Shown one piece after another: positions 8,154-17,979 of a DNA stretch of 50,734 bases. Position 1 is the first letter of the stretch, and each line of letters begins with the position of its first letter. The DNA is from Flavobacteriales bacterium (GTDB lineage Bacteria > Bacteroidota > Bacteroidia > Flavobacteriales > Flavobacteriaceae), in the NCBI GenBank assembly GCA_043772885.1, contig JAYVFV010000079.1, forward strand, positions 1 to 50,734, written 5' to 3'. The notes under the pieces were generated by a model. That model saw only the letters and a list, made by a program, of their open reading frames with translations, was not told where the DNA came from and did no database searches. The translations under genes were made by a program, and so were the position numbers.

Positions 8154-9617
8154 TTATGCTTTTCTTTTTATGATTTTGGATAGTACTTCTTTTTCGCTGT
8201 AATAAATAAAGTATAAAAATACAATTAGTAACAGTGCTTTTACATAATAATTTTCTCTAATTATCGGAATGTAAAACGAAACCGCAGAGAAGACGATTGT
8301 GAGTCCGAGATAACTAAAAATCTTATTCATATCATACGGAATAGGATAGCTTTTTTGTCCTAATTTATAGGAAATAATCATCATGCTTCCATACGCTGCA
8401 ATCGTTGCAATTGCCGATCCGTAATAACTCATGGTTGGAATTAAAAGATAATTAAGAGCCAAGGTAATAAAGGCGCCAATTATTGAAATATAAGCGCCAG
8501 TTCGGGTTTTATCAATGAGTTTATACCAAACCGATAAGTTGGTATAAATGCCCAGAAAAAAGTTCGCTAAAACAATTAAAGGCACTACTTTTATAGCATC
8601 CCAATATTCTTTTCTTGGCACTAATGGTAGTTTCAATAAATCAATAAAAACAATTACAAACAAACAAATGAACGAACCAAAAATCACAAAATATTTGGTT
8701 ATTGTTGCATAGGTTTGAGGTGCGTTTTCATTGGATGCGTGACTAAAAAAAAACGGTTCAATACCTAAAGTGTACGCTGTTCGAAACAATACCATGAACA
8801 TTCCGATTTTGTAACATGCCGAGTAGGCACCAATGTCTGACATGGGTACGTGCATCCAATCTAAAAGTATTTTATCGAAGTGTTCGTTTACAGCAAAGGC
8901 AATTCCAGCAACCAATATTGGTAATCCATACTTCATCATTTTTCTCCAAAGGAGGTAATCGAATTTCCAAGTTATGTTTATGTAATTCGGAATTAACAAC
9001 ACAAAAGTGACCAAACTCGCCACCAAATTGGCAACGAAAATATAACCTATTTGAAAATTTTCATAATAAATGGTGCTTAAAAATCCGTTTGGATTATTTG
9101 CCGCCATATTGGGTAATAATGCTAAAAAGAAAACGTTTAACAATAAGTATATTGAAACATTTGTCATTTTAATTGTTGCATATTTCATTGGTTTTTTCTC
9201 GGCACGCAACTTAGAAAAAGGAACTATTGCTAAGGCGTCAAGCGCTAATATCCAAATGGTGTAAGTAATGTATTCTACATTAATGTCAGACCAACTTGAC
9301 AGTGTTTTTCTGAATACTAAAGCGAGCAGCAAAAATCCTATTGACGACCAAAAAAGCGAAACAGTTGTAGTCGAAATTACGCTCTTTTTATTTTCTTCTG
9401 TATTGTAAAATCGGAAAAAAGCGGTTTCCATTCCGTAAGACAATACAACATTAAAAAAAACCAAATAGGAAAAAATAACAGAAACCTCTCCCATTTTACC
9501 TTTATCTGGCAAATAGTAAACGAATAACGGATTAACAATAAAACTTATTATTCTAGGAATAACAGTTGCCAGTCCGTAAATAAGTGTTTGTTTGAAAAGG
9601 TTTTTATATAAACTCAA
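8154..9617 (-). CDS. MOP-superfamily oligosaccharide flippase (Wzx-like)
   Basis: About 14 TM segments; YGMETAFFRF and EPFFF motifs; TTG start. Confidence 0.85.
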   Translation of the reverse strand: MSLYKNLFKQTLIYGLATVIPRIISFIVNPLFVYYLPDKGKMGEVSVIFSYLVFFNVVLSYGMETAFFRFYNTEENKKSVISTTTVSLFWSSIGFLLLALVFRKTLSSWSDINVEYITYTIWILALDALAIVPFSKLRAEKKPMKYATIKMTNVSIYLLLNVFFLALLPNMAANNPNGFLSTIYYENFQIGYIFVANLVASLVTFVLLIPNYINITWKFDYLLWRKMMKYGLPILVAGIAFAVNEHFDKILLDWMHVPMSDIGAYSACYKIGMFMVLFRTAYTLGIEPFFFSHASNENAPQTYATITKYFVIFGSFICLFVIVFIDLLKLPLVPRKEYWDAIKVVPLIVLANFFLGIYTNLSVWYKLIDKTRTGAYISIIGAFITLALNYLLIPTMSYYGSAIATIAAYGSMMIISYKLGQKSYPIPYDMNKIFSYLGLTIVFSAVSFYIPIIRENYYVKALLLIVFLYFIYYSEKEVLSKIIKRKA

Positions 9618-9636
9618 AGTATGCTTTTGATTTCAG

Positions 9637-9644
9637 CAAAAATA
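9637..9644 (-). promoter_or_regulatory. -7 promoter element TATTTTTG for the flippase-dut-EnvC cluster
   Basis: CAAAAATA on the + strand, about 19 nt upstream of the start. Confidence 0.55.
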
Positions 9645-9663
9645 ACTAATTTCTTGGTCTTGT

Positions 9664-10119
9664 TTACGGATAAGCAATAAGTTCTTTTTCTTGGATGTTT
9701 TCGATTTTAACTTGTGCTGTTTTGTTGTTAATGTGAAATTCCAGAATGGCTTCTGTTGGTTTTAAATCGAAGGGGAAATCTGGAGTTTCTCTTTTATTAA
9801 CATCTATAGTACTATCAATCTTAATCAAGGATTTTGAATAAAATTTAGCCATAAAAGTAGTTTCGTTTTCTCTGTCGAAAAAAGCTTCTTGATTTTGAAA
9901 ATACACTTTAGTAAGGTAGGTGTCTTGTGGTAATTGGTTTTTAAATTTCAGATGGAAATCAATTCCGCTTCCCGAAAGTTCTTGTCCGCCGACCCATTTT
10001 TGAAAATAAACTGCTAAAATTTCTGAAGGAGATTTTGTGATAATTTCCTTTTTACAAGCGCAAGAAAAGACACAAATCGCCACTATTAACAACCCCATTG
10101 ATTTAAGAAAACACTTCAT
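9664..10119 (-). CDS. Hypothetical lipoprotein
   Basis: Lipobox VFSC; YFQKWVGG and FPFDL motifs. Confidence 0.75.
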   Translation of the reverse strand: MKCFLKSMGLLIVAICVFSCACKKEIITKSPSEILAVYFQKWVGGQELSGSGIDFHLKFKNQLPQDTYLTKVYFQNQEAFFDRENETTFMAKFYSKSLIKIDSTIDVNKRETPDFPFDLKPTEAILEFHINNKTAQVKIENIQEKELIAYP

Positions 10120-10130
10120 AATTTTATATT

Positions 10131-10568
10131 TTAGGTTAAACCTTCCTCATTCAAAATTTTCACAAAGTGAAATCCTTTTGGTGAAAATCCTTGATTGTAA
10201 TAAAAACGATGTGCTTTAAAATTCCCTGTATACGCATCGAGAACAATCATGGTACATTCGGTTTCTTTTGCCAGATGCGCTATATAATCGGTCATCCGTT
10301 TTCCAATTCCTTTTTTTCGATAATCAGAATGCACGATAAAATTATCGATTTCAATGTATTTTCCCGACCACAATTTTATGCCTTTCCAAAAACCGGTCAG
10401 CCCGACACAAATACCGTGCTCAAAAACAGCTATTTGTTTGTAATTATGCGGAATCATTTCCTCGAGGTAGGATTTGTACTTCTCGATAGTTATTTGTGGA
10501 TACAACTGATGGATGATTTCGAATTGGGAAATCATTTCGGTTATAGTTGTCAGTTGAGTGAGTTGCAT
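10131..10568 (-). CDS. GNAT family N-acetyltransferase
   Basis: VHSDYRKKGIG acetyl-CoA motif A; NFKAHRFYYNQGF motif B. Confidence 0.92.
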   Translation of the reverse strand: MQLTQLTTITEMISQFEIIHQLYPQITIEKYKSYLEEMIPHNYKQIAVFEHGICVGLTGFWKGIKLWSGKYIEIDNFIVHSDYRKKGIGKRMTDYIAHLAKETECTMIVLDAYTGNFKAHRFYYNQGFSPKGFHFVKILNEEGLT

Positions 10569-10641
10569 TTGATTTATTTTATGTAAATTTCATCGCTTTA
10601 AATAAAACGTATTTCTTAATACGACAAATTTATATCCTTTT

Positions 10642-12735
10642 ATGAAAAAAAATCACCTTGTTTTATATTTATTTTTAAGTTGCTCGTTTATTTTGGGCCA
10701 AAATTTTCCTGTTGCAAAGGCAATTTCAAATTCATCCACAAAATTCAAGATTCAAATTCAAGATGATTATTCTTGGATGGAAAATATGAAGTCGGATGAA
10801 ACTAATTCTTGGGTAAATGCTCAAAACGAAGTTATAAACCAACATTATGAAGAGATAAAGAAACAATACAATATCGCTTCTAAAATTAAAGAATACAGCT
10901 ATAACTCTTCCAACGGATTACCATCAAAAAGAGAAGCGTATTATTATTCCGTTTATACTAGAGATAAAGCGAAGCCTTCTGTTTTGTATTTCCGAAAAGA
11001 ATTAAATGATGATCCAATTGAGCTTTTTAATCCGTACAAAATCTACAAAAATACTACATCTGGTTTGAGCGATTATTTGCCTTCAAAAAACTCCAAATAT
11101 CTTGCCTGTAAGGTTTCCTTAGACGGTAGTGATAGAAACGAAATTAGATTTGTAGACATCAACAGAATTAAGAATATGGAAGACAAGATAGCAAACGTTA
11201 AATTTTCTAAAATAGCATGGAATCAAGATTCGGGGGTCTTTTATAAAAGAAATGTTAATCAGAATAATTTTGCTAAAGATTCTACTTTTCAATTGTTTTA
11301 TCACAAAATAGGAACAATTCAAGATAATGATAAGTTAATTTTTGATGCTTCGAAAACAGAAAATAGCTTTACTTATTTTACAAAAAATGATCGTCTTTTT
11401 ATTATTGAGTATGATAAAAGTAATAGCAAGAACTTTTATAGTGCATTTCTGAATGATCCCGAATTTCATTTAGAAAAATTTATAGAAAATGACGCTACCA
11501 ATTTTAGCCTTTTGTATTATAATAACAATAAAATTTATTTTTCGGGCAAAGAGTTTGATTGGGGTGAAATTAGAACTTTTGATATCTCAAATAGAAGTTC
11601 TGAAACCTTATTAATACCTCAAATTTACAATAACTTATTGGCAGATTCTTATTTTATGGAAGGTTACATTTTTTGTAAATACAGAACCATTAACAAAAAC
11701 TATTTAATTGTTTATGATGAAACCGGAAAATTTATAAAACGAATTAATACTCCAGAAGGAACTGATTTTGATGTCAAATTTTTCGATTCTAAATCAAAAT
11801 GTTTATATATAAGTATATTCTCAAAAACCATTTCTTACAAAAATTTTAAATTAAATATTGACACCGGAGAAGTAAATCATTTTTATAATGATTATATAGT
11901 TCCAAAACCTACTTTGTTTGAATTGGATCATTTTATAACCAAAAAAATCGCTTACAAAAGCAGAGATGGTAAAGAAGTTCCAATAACAATTATTTACAAA
12001 AAAGAAACCATCATAAATGGGAATAATCCAACGTTACTGGAGGCTTATGGTGGTTTTGGTGTTGTTTCTGAACTAAATTACGATACAGGATTATTGTATT
12101 TTTTGGAGAAAGGTGGAATTTATGCTTTTGCGGAAATTAGAGGTGGTGGCGAAAAAGGATTAAAATGGCACAAAGACGGAATGGGTTTGAAGAAACAAAA
12201 TTCATTTAATGATTTTATTGATGCTGCAGAATTTCTAATAAAAGAAAAATATACTTCTTCTAATAAGTTAGCCATTTCTGGCGGTTCAAATGGTGGATTA
12301 GTTGTTGGTGTGGCAATGACTCAAAGACCAGAATTGTTTAAAGTCGCCATTCCGATAGTAGGTGTTTTTGATATGAATAAATTTAAAAATTACACGGTTG
12401 GTAACTATTGGGTTGAAGAATATGGAAATACTGAAAATAAAGAAGAATTTGAGTCGTTGTTGTCGTATTCTCCATATCATAACATTAAAGAAAATATAAA
12501 TTATCCCATTACTTTAATTATTACCTCTGAAAATGATGATCGAGTGGTACCAATGCATTCGTATAAATTTGCCGCAAGATTACAAAATAGGGAAGCCCAA
12601 AAAAACCCAATATATCTTAAAACTTTAGATAATTCTGGTCATTATGGAAAGAAGTCCAATTATAATAATTACTATGAAGAAAAAGCCTTTTTTTATAGTT
12701 TCTTATTGTATCATTTAAATAAAAAAGACATTTAA
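10642..12735 (+). CDS. Prolyl oligopeptidase family serine peptidase (S9A), exported
   Basis: Signal peptide; DDYSWME; YGGFG, IRGGGE, GGSNGG (Ser), DDRV (Asp), GH (His). Confidence 0.93.
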   Translation: MKKNHLVLYLFLSCSFILGQNFPVAKAISNSSTKFKIQIQDDYSWMENMKSDETNSWVNAQNEVINQHYEEIKKQYNIASKIKEYSYNSSNGLPSKREAYYYSVYTRDKAKPSVLYFRKELNDDPIELFNPYKIYKNTTSGLSDYLPSKNSKYLACKVSLDGSDRNEIRFVDINRIKNMEDKIANVKFSKIAWNQDSGVFYKRNVNQNNFAKDSTFQLFYHKIGTIQDNDKLIFDASKTENSFTYFTKNDRLFIIEYDKSNSKNFYSAFLNDPEFHLEKFIENDATNFSLLYYNNNKIYFSGKEFDWGEIRTFDISNRSSETLLIPQIYNNLLADSYFMEGYIFCKYRTINKNYLIVYDETGKFIKRINTPEGTDFDVKFFDSKSKCLYISIFSKTISYKNFKLNIDTGEVNHFYNDYIVPKPTLFELDHFITKKIAYKSRDGKEVPITIIYKKETIINGNNPTLLEAYGGFGVVSELNYDTGLLYFLEKGGIYAFAEIRGGGEKGLKWHKDGMGLKKQNSFNDFIDAAEFLIKEKYTSSNKLAISGGSNGGLVVGVAMTQRPELFKVAIPIVGVFDMNKFKNYTVGNYWVEEYGNTENKEEFESLLSYSPYHNIKENINYPITLIITSENDDRVVPMHSYKFAARLQNREAQKNPIYLKTLDNSGHYGKKSNYNNYYEEKAFFYSFLLYHLNKKDI

Positions 12736-12752
12736 GAAATTAAATGTCTTTT
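12723..12752. terminator. Probable bidirectional terminator between the peptidase and atpG
   Basis: Perfect 13-bp stem AAAAGACATTTAA-GAAA-TTAAATGTCTTTT between convergent genes. Confidence 0.75.
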
Positions 12753-12776
12753 AATTATAATTTCAATAATTTTTTC

Positions 12777-13637
12777 TTATCCTTTCAAAGCTTCCGCTCC
12801 ACCAACGATTTCTAAAATTTCATTAGTAATTGCCGCTTGACGTGCTTTGTTATATGTTAATTTCAATTGATTTCTTAAATCGGTTGCGTTGTCTGTTGCT
12901 TTGTGCATAGCAGTCATACGGGCGCCATGTTCAGATGCAAATGAATCGCGAATCGATTTGTACAATTGTGTCTTTAATGATTTCGGAATTAAAGTTAATA
13001 CAATTTCTTCTTTTGAAGGTTCGAAGATGTAATCTCCTGTAGAAGCTACAACATCAGATTGTATTGGAGCTAATGGCAAGAATTGTTGTGTTCTAACGAT
13101 TTGAGTCGCTGCATTTTTGAACTCATTATATACGATTTCTATTCTGTCGTACTCTCCTGAAAGAAACTTCTCAGTTAAAGTTTGAGCAATTTCCGCCACA
13201 CTATCAAAAGTAAGATTGTCAAAAACATCGCTTCTGTTTTCAACAACAGTATGCGTTTTCTTTAAAATATCGTTTCCTTTTTTACCAATTGCAAAAATAG
13301 CTACCTGTTTTCCGGCATACGAATCTGCCAAGACTTTTGTCTCCTTGATTACGTTGCTGTTAAAAGCACCCGCTAAACCTCTGTTAGAGGTAATGGCAAC
13401 AAGCAATACTTTATTGATTTCACGTTGTTTTGTGAATTCGCCACCTGCATCTCCGTCAAGAGTGGAAGAAAGATTTTGTAATAATTCCGTTAATTTTTCG
13501 GCATAAGGGCGCATAGCTGTAATGGCGTCTTGCGCTTTTTTCAACTTTGCTGCAGAAACCATTTTCATCGCCGATGTAATTTGCATCGTAGATGAAACGG
13601 AAGTAATTCTATTACGGATTTCCTTTAAGTTTGCCAT
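12777..13637 (-). CDS. atpG: ATP synthase F1 gamma subunit
   Basis: QITSAMKMVSAAKL, RGLAGAFN, EHGARMTAM and RQAAITNEI motifs. Confidence 0.99.
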   Translation of the reverse strand: MANLKEIRNRITSVSSTMQITSAMKMVSAAKLKKAQDAITAMRPYAEKLTELLQNLSSTLDGDAGGEFTKQREINKVLLVAITSNRGLAGAFNSNVIKETKVLADSYAGKQVAIFAIGKKGNDILKKTHTVVENRSDVFDNLTFDSVAEIAQTLTEKFLSGEYDRIEIVYNEFKNAATQIVRTQQFLPLAPIQSDVVASTGDYIFEPSKEEIVLTLIPKSLKTQLYKSIRDSFASEHGARMTAMHKATDNATDLRNQLKLTYNKARQAAITNEILEIVGGAEALKG

Positions 13638-13645
13638 TTCTTTCT

Positions 13646-13714
13646 AATTAGAAAATGTGCCAATTTGCGAATTAGCGAATTGTAACATCCGCTAATTTGC
13701 TAACTCGCTAATTA
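13646..13714. repeat. Octamer tandem array with inverted second block
   Basis: AATTAGAA AATGTGCC AATTTGCG AATTAGCG AATTGTAA, then GCTAATTT GCTAACTC GCTAATTA. Confidence 0.75.
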
Positions 13715-15289
13715 TTTATATTTCGCTGAAATTTCTTTAGCGGCTCTTTCGATAACGTCAGTAATGTTATCATCTAATTTTCCTGCTTTTAAAGCGTCAA
13801 GAGTATCTCTGTGTTTGTTGTTCAAATAAAGAATAAAATCTTTTTCAAATTCTTTCACTTTGTTTACTGGAACGCTTCTTAACAAGTTTTTAGAACCAGC
13901 GTAGATAATTGCAACCTGATCTTCAACAGTATAAGGAGAGTTCAAACCTTGCTTTAAGATTTCAACGTTTCTTTTTCCTTTTTCAATTACGTTTAAAGTA
14001 ACCGCATCCAAATCAGAACCAAATTTCGCGAAAGCTTCTAATTCACGGAATTGCGCTTGGTCTAATTTTAATGTACCTGCTACTTTTTTCATCGATTTAA
14101 TCTGTGCGTTACCTCCAACACGAGATACCGAAATACCTACGTTAATCGCTGGACGAACTCCAGAGTTAAACAAATCTCCATCAAGGAAAATCTGTCCGTC
14201 TGTAATCGAAATTACGTTAGTTGGGATGTATGCAGAAACGTCGCCTGCTTGTGTTTCGATAATTGGTAAAGCTGTAAGTGAACCTCCTCCTTTAACGATT
14301 CCTTTTAATGAATCGGGTAAGTCGTTCATGTCTTTAGCAATTCCGTCATCCGCAATTACTTTACACGCTCTTTCCAATAAACGAGAGTGAAGGTAGAAAA
14401 CGTCTCCACGATATGCTTCACGACCTGGTGGTCTTCTTAATAAAAGTGACACCTCACGGTAGGCTACTGCTTGTTTTGATAAATCATCATAAACAATTAA
14501 TGCAGGACGACCTGAATCACGGAAATATTCCCCGATTGCAGCTCCAGCCATTGGTGCGTATACTTGCATTGGCGCAGGATCAGATGCGTTGGCAGCTACA
14601 ATTACTGTATAAGCCATTGCTCCTTTTTCTTCCAACATTTTTGCGATTCCAGCTACTGTCGACGCTTTTTGTCCGATAGCAACATAGATACAAAATACTG
14701 GTTTCCCGGCGTCATAAAATTCTTTTTGATTTAATATCGTGTCGATACAAACTGTTGATTTACCAGTTTGACGGTCACCAATAACCAACTCACGTTGTCC
14801 ACGACCAACAGGAATCATCGCATCTACTGCTTTGATACCGGTTTGTAATGGTTCTGTTACTGGTTGACGGAAGATAACTCCAGGCGCTTTTCTTTCCAAT
14901 GGCATTTCGAAAAGTTCACCACCAATTGGTCCTTTACCGTCGATTGGTTCTCCAAGTGTATTTACAACACGACCTACGATTTGTTCTCCTACTTTCAAGG
15001 AAGCAATACGTTGTGTTCTTTTTACAGTTGAACCTTCACGGATTCCGGTTGATGGTCCTAAAAGTACCACACCCACATTGTCTTCCTCCAAGTTCAATAC
15101 GATAGCTTCCAATCCGTTGTCGAATTGTACCAACTCACCGTATTGCGCATTTGATAACCCGTAAACACGAGCAATACCATCTCCTACTTGAAGAACAGTT
15201 CCTACTTCTTCTAACGATGCACCTGATTCAAAATCAGATAATTGTTTTTTTAATATTGCTGAAATCTCAGCTGGTTTAATTTCTGCCAT
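13712..15289 (-). CDS. atpA: ATP synthase F1 alpha subunit
   Basis: GDRQTGKS P-loop; RRPPGREAY; [14 protein letters not shown]. Confidence 0.99.
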   Translation of the reverse strand: MAEIKPAEISAILKKQLSDFESGASLEEVGTVLQVGDGIARVYGLSNAQYGELVQFDNGLEAIVLNLEEDNVGVVLLGPSTGIREGSTVKRTQRIASLKVGEQIVGRVVNTLGEPIDGKGPIGGELFEMPLERKAPGVIFRQPVTEPLQTGIKAVDAMIPVGRGQRELVIGDRQTGKSTVCIDTILNQKEFYDAGKPVFCIYVAIGQKASTVAGIAKMLEEKGAMAYTVIVAANASDPAPMQVYAPMAGAAIGEYFRDSGRPALIVYDDLSKQAVAYREVSLLLRRPPGREAYRGDVFYLHSRLLERACKVIADDGIAKDMNDLPDSLKGIVKGGGSLTALPIIETQAGDVSAYIPTNVISITDGQIFLDGDLFNSGVRPAINVGISVSRVGGNAQIKSMKKVAGTLKLDQAQFRELEAFAKFGSDLDAVTLNVIEKGKRNVEILKQGLNSPYTVEDQVAIIYAGSKNLLRSVPVNKVKEFEKDFILYLNNKHRDTLDALKAGKLDDNITDVIERAAKEISAKYK

Positions 15290-15312
15290 TTTGATATATC
15301 TTTAATGGTATG

Positions 15313-15846
15313 TTAATTACTAAACTCGCGTTTTAATTCTTGCAATCTGTTTGCTACAGACGCATTGTATTGTTGATCACCAATTCGTAGAATAAATCCT
15401 CCTATTATTGATGGGTCAACAGTATTTTCTATTGTTATTTTTTTGTTTGAAAAAGTAGCAATCTTCGCCATGATTTTAGCTTCTAAAGCGGAATCCATTT
15501 CGATTGCTGTGGTTACTCTTGCTACTTCAACGCCATTCATTTCATCAAACAATTCTTTGTAATAAGTGGCAATAGCTCCTAAAATTTCAAATCTTTTATT
15601 TACAAATAATAAATGGAAAAGACTTTTTGTTACTGGATTAACAGCTGCAAAAACTTCTAATAATGCATTTTCTTTAATCTCAACACTGATGGTTGGATTT
15701 TGAATAAAACCACTTAATTCTACATTTCCATTGATTGTAGAAGCGATAGTATTCATGTCATTATTTACTTCTTGTGCAGCGCTTTTTGAATTGGCTACAT
15801 CAAGAATGGCTTTTGCATATCGAATCGCTGCTCTGTTTCCTTTCAT
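15313..15846 (-). CDS. atpH: ATP synthase F1 delta subunit
   Basis: RYAKAI and VDPSIIGGFILRIGD motifs; operon position. Confidence 0.97.
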   Translation of the reverse strand: MKGNRAAIRYAKAILDVANSKSAAQEVNNDMNTIASTINGNVELSGFIQNPTISVEIKENALLEVFAAVNPVTKSLFHLLFVNKRFEILGAIATYYKELFDEMNGVEVARVTTAIEMDSALEAKIMAKIATFSNKKITIENTVDPSIIGGFILRIGDQQYNASVANRLQELKREFSN

Positions 15847-15851
15847 AGCGA

Positions 15852-16352
15852 TTAATTTAATTTAGCGTCACCCAACATTTTCTCCACCAATTTGGTTTGA
15901 GATGATTTGTCAGACAATTCACTTTTTAATACTTTTTCAGCAATTTCGATTGATAAAGTAGCAACTTGATTTTTCAAATCGGCCATCGCAGCATTTTTTT
16001 CGCTTTGAATAGCAGCTTTTGCTTGTTCGATCATTTTCAAACCTTGTGCTTGTGCTTCTGTTTTTGCGTCGTTAATCATTTTGTCTTTGATATCACGCGC
16101 TTCTTTCATCATCGCATCACGCTCAACTCTTGCTTCAGCAATTAATTTCTCATTATCTGATTTAAGATTTTGCATTTCTTGCTTTGCATTTTTTGCTGAA
16201 AGTAGTGCTTCTTTAATTCCTTCTTCTCTTTCATTAACAGCATCAAGAATTGGTTTCCAAGCGAATTTTTTCAATAAGAAAATCAGCCCGATGAAAATAA
16301 CTGAATGCCAAATAAATAAACCAAACGAAAAATCATTTATTAACTTATCCAT
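15852..16352 (-). CDS. atpF: ATP synthase F0 subunit b
   Basis: N-terminal TM, KFAWKPIL, coiled coil. Confidence 0.97.
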   Translation of the reverse strand: MDKLINDFSFGLFIWHSVIFIGLIFLLKKFAWKPILDAVNEREEGIKEALLSAKNAKQEMQNLKSDNEKLIAEARVERDAMMKEARDIKDKMINDAKTEAQAQGLKMIEQAKAAIQSEKNAAMADLKNQVATLSIEIAEKVLKSELSDKSSQTKLVEKMLGDAKLN

Positions 16353-16392
16353 AGTATAGGTGTTATAGTCTTTTTAATTTTAATTTTTAAAC

Positions 16393-16421
16393 AATAGCTG
16401 CAACCAACCGTTGCAGCTATT
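16393..16421 (-). promoter_or_regulatory. Intergenic stem-loop after atpE (mRNA stability or partial termination)
   Basis: 12-bp perfect stem AATAGCTGCAAC-CAACC-GTTGCAGCTATT. Confidence 0.65.
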
Positions 16422-16432
16422 TGTTTTTTTAA

Positions 16433-16630
16433 TTACTCAGAAACAGCAAATAAAGCTGCAAATCCGATTCCTTCAACAAGAGCTGCTGCAATAAGCATAG
16501 CTGTTTGGATTTTCCCGTAAGAGTCTGGTTGACGAGCAATAGCGTCCATTGCTGATCCACCAATTCTTCCAACTCCAATTCCAACTCCGATCACTACTAA
16601 TCCTGCTCCGATAATTCTTGGCATGTTCAT
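16433..16630 (-). CDS. atpE: ATP synthase F0 subunit c
   Basis: GxGxGxG helix, ARQP loop, catalytic Glu in ALVEG. Confidence 0.97.
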   Translation of the reverse strand: MNMPRIIGAGLVVIGVGIGVGRIGGSAMDAIARQPDSYGKIQTAMLIAAALVEGIGFAALFAVSE

Positions 16631-16666
16631 AACTATATATATTTAAAATTAAACATTCATTTTGTG

Positions 16667-16722
16667 GCTATACGCTTTAAGCAATAGGCTTTAGGCTTAC
16701 TGCATATAGCATACGGCATTTT
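16667..16722. repeat. Heptamer tandem array (8 units)
   Basis: GCTATAC GCTTTAA GCAATAG GCTTTAG GCTTACT GCATATA GCATACG GCATTTT; GC recurs every 7 nt. Confidence 0.8.
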
Positions 16723-17866
16723 AGTGGTGAGCTTCTTCTTCGTGATGATGCTCTTGTACTGCTGACCCAAAATAAAGTGCCGTTAGTACTGTAAATATAT
16801 AAGCTTGTAATAAAGCTACTAAAATTTCGATTATTGAAATCATGAATGACAACACAAATGACAAACTACTTCCCAACCAGCTTTTGAAAATAAACATCAA
16901 TCCAATTAAACTCATCAATACGATGTGACCAGCGAACATATTAGCGTACAAACGAATCATTAAAGCAAAAGGTTTGATAATTAATCCCATTAATTCTAAC
17001 GGAATTAAAGCTATTTTCATTGGAACAGGAACTCCTGGCATCCAAAAAATGTGTCCCCAATAATTTTTATTTGCTGTTAAATTGGTGATAAGGAAAGTGA
17101 TAATTGCTAATCCGAATGTGATAGCGATGTTTCCTGTAACGTTGATTCCAAGTGGTGTTAATCCGAAAAGATTCAAAAACCAGATAAAGAAAAATACGGT
17201 TAACAAATGACCCATGTATTTTCTGTAGTGTTTTTCGCCAATATTTGGAATCGCAATTTCGTCACGAACGTACAATACGATTGGTTCGAAAAAACGTCCT
17301 GGTCCCGATGCTATTCCACCATTCTTAGGAAATGATTTTGCCAAACCGCTAAACAATAAAAACATCAATAAGGCCACTGCCATTATTGATAAAACGCTTT
17401 TAGTAATCGATAAATCTAATGGTTGTACATTGGTTGGATGGTGGTGTTCGTCAAGTGTTACTTCGGCTGTAGCACTATCCACTTTATATATTTTTTCGTG
17501 GTGTAATCTGTAGAAATTACCATTATGTTCGGCAACACTTTCACCGTGATGGAATTTTGATGAAGAGAAAACTTGCAAACCATTATCCCAAAGAATAATA
17601 GGTAATGGAAATCCGTAGTGTGCTCCTGTTTCCTTGTCTGCAAAAAGAGAGAATTCGTGACCGTCTAAAACGTGATGTGCTTTTACTTCTTCAATTTGTT
17701 CTTTAATCTCCGCATTTTCATCTATTTTTTTAGATTCTGTTGTTGCTACTTCATGTTTTTCATGAGCAGGTTGCACAGGATTAGTAGTAGTAGAAAATGA
17801 AAATAAAGGAAGCAAAGCAATTAGAATTGCTATTATAAATCGAAGCGGTTTATTAGAAAGCACCAT
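16721..17866 (-). CDS. atpB: ATP synthase F0 subunit a (Bacteroidota type, His-rich N-terminal extension)
   Basis: FALMIRLYANMFAGH and LQAYIF motifs. Start set at ATG 17866, downstream of the promoter. Confidence 0.97.
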   Translation of the reverse strand: MVLSNKPLRFIIAILIALLPLFSFSTTTNPVQPAHEKHEVATTESKKIDENAEIKEQIEEVKAHHVLDGHEFSLFADKETGAHYGFPLPIILWDNGLQVFSSSKFHHGESVAEHNGNFYRLHHEKIYKVDSATAEVTLDEHHHPTNVQPLDLSITKSVLSIMAVALLMFLLFSGLAKSFPKNGGIASGPGRFFEPIVLYVRDEIAIPNIGEKHYRKYMGHLLTVFFFIWFLNLFGLTPLGINVTGNIAITFGLAIITFLITNLTANKNYWGHIFWMPGVPVPMKIALIPLELMGLIIKPFALMIRLYANMFAGHIVLMSLIGLMFIFKSWLGSSLSFVLSFMISIIEILVALLQAYIFTVLTALYFGSAVQEHHHEEEAHH

Positions 17867-17907
17867 ATCTATTGAATATCTAGGATTTTGTTTTCTGAAA
17901 TTTGGTG

Positions 17908-17937
17908 CAAAGGTACATCTTTTCTTAAAATTCACAA
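17908..17937 (-). promoter_or_regulatory. atpB promoter (-33 TTG / -7 TACCTTTG)
   Basis: CAAAGGTA at 17908-17915 and CAA at 17935-17937 on the + strand, 19-nt spacer. Confidence 0.7.
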
Positions 17938-17979
17938 GAATAAAAAATACTTTTTTGAAGAAAATTTAGTTTTGCTACC

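Noticed and set aside
13646-16722. Short repeat arrays as CRISPR remnants
   Set aside because: Units are 7-8 nt with no spacers, and no cas genes are present.
12777-17866. atpD and atpC missing from the ATP synthase operon
   Set aside because: A split operon with beta and epsilon elsewhere is normal in Flavobacteriia.
17400-17935. Long His-rich N-terminal extension of AtpB and the upstream start at 17935
   Set aside because: The extension is typical of Bacteroidota subunit a; the upstream start overlaps the promoter.
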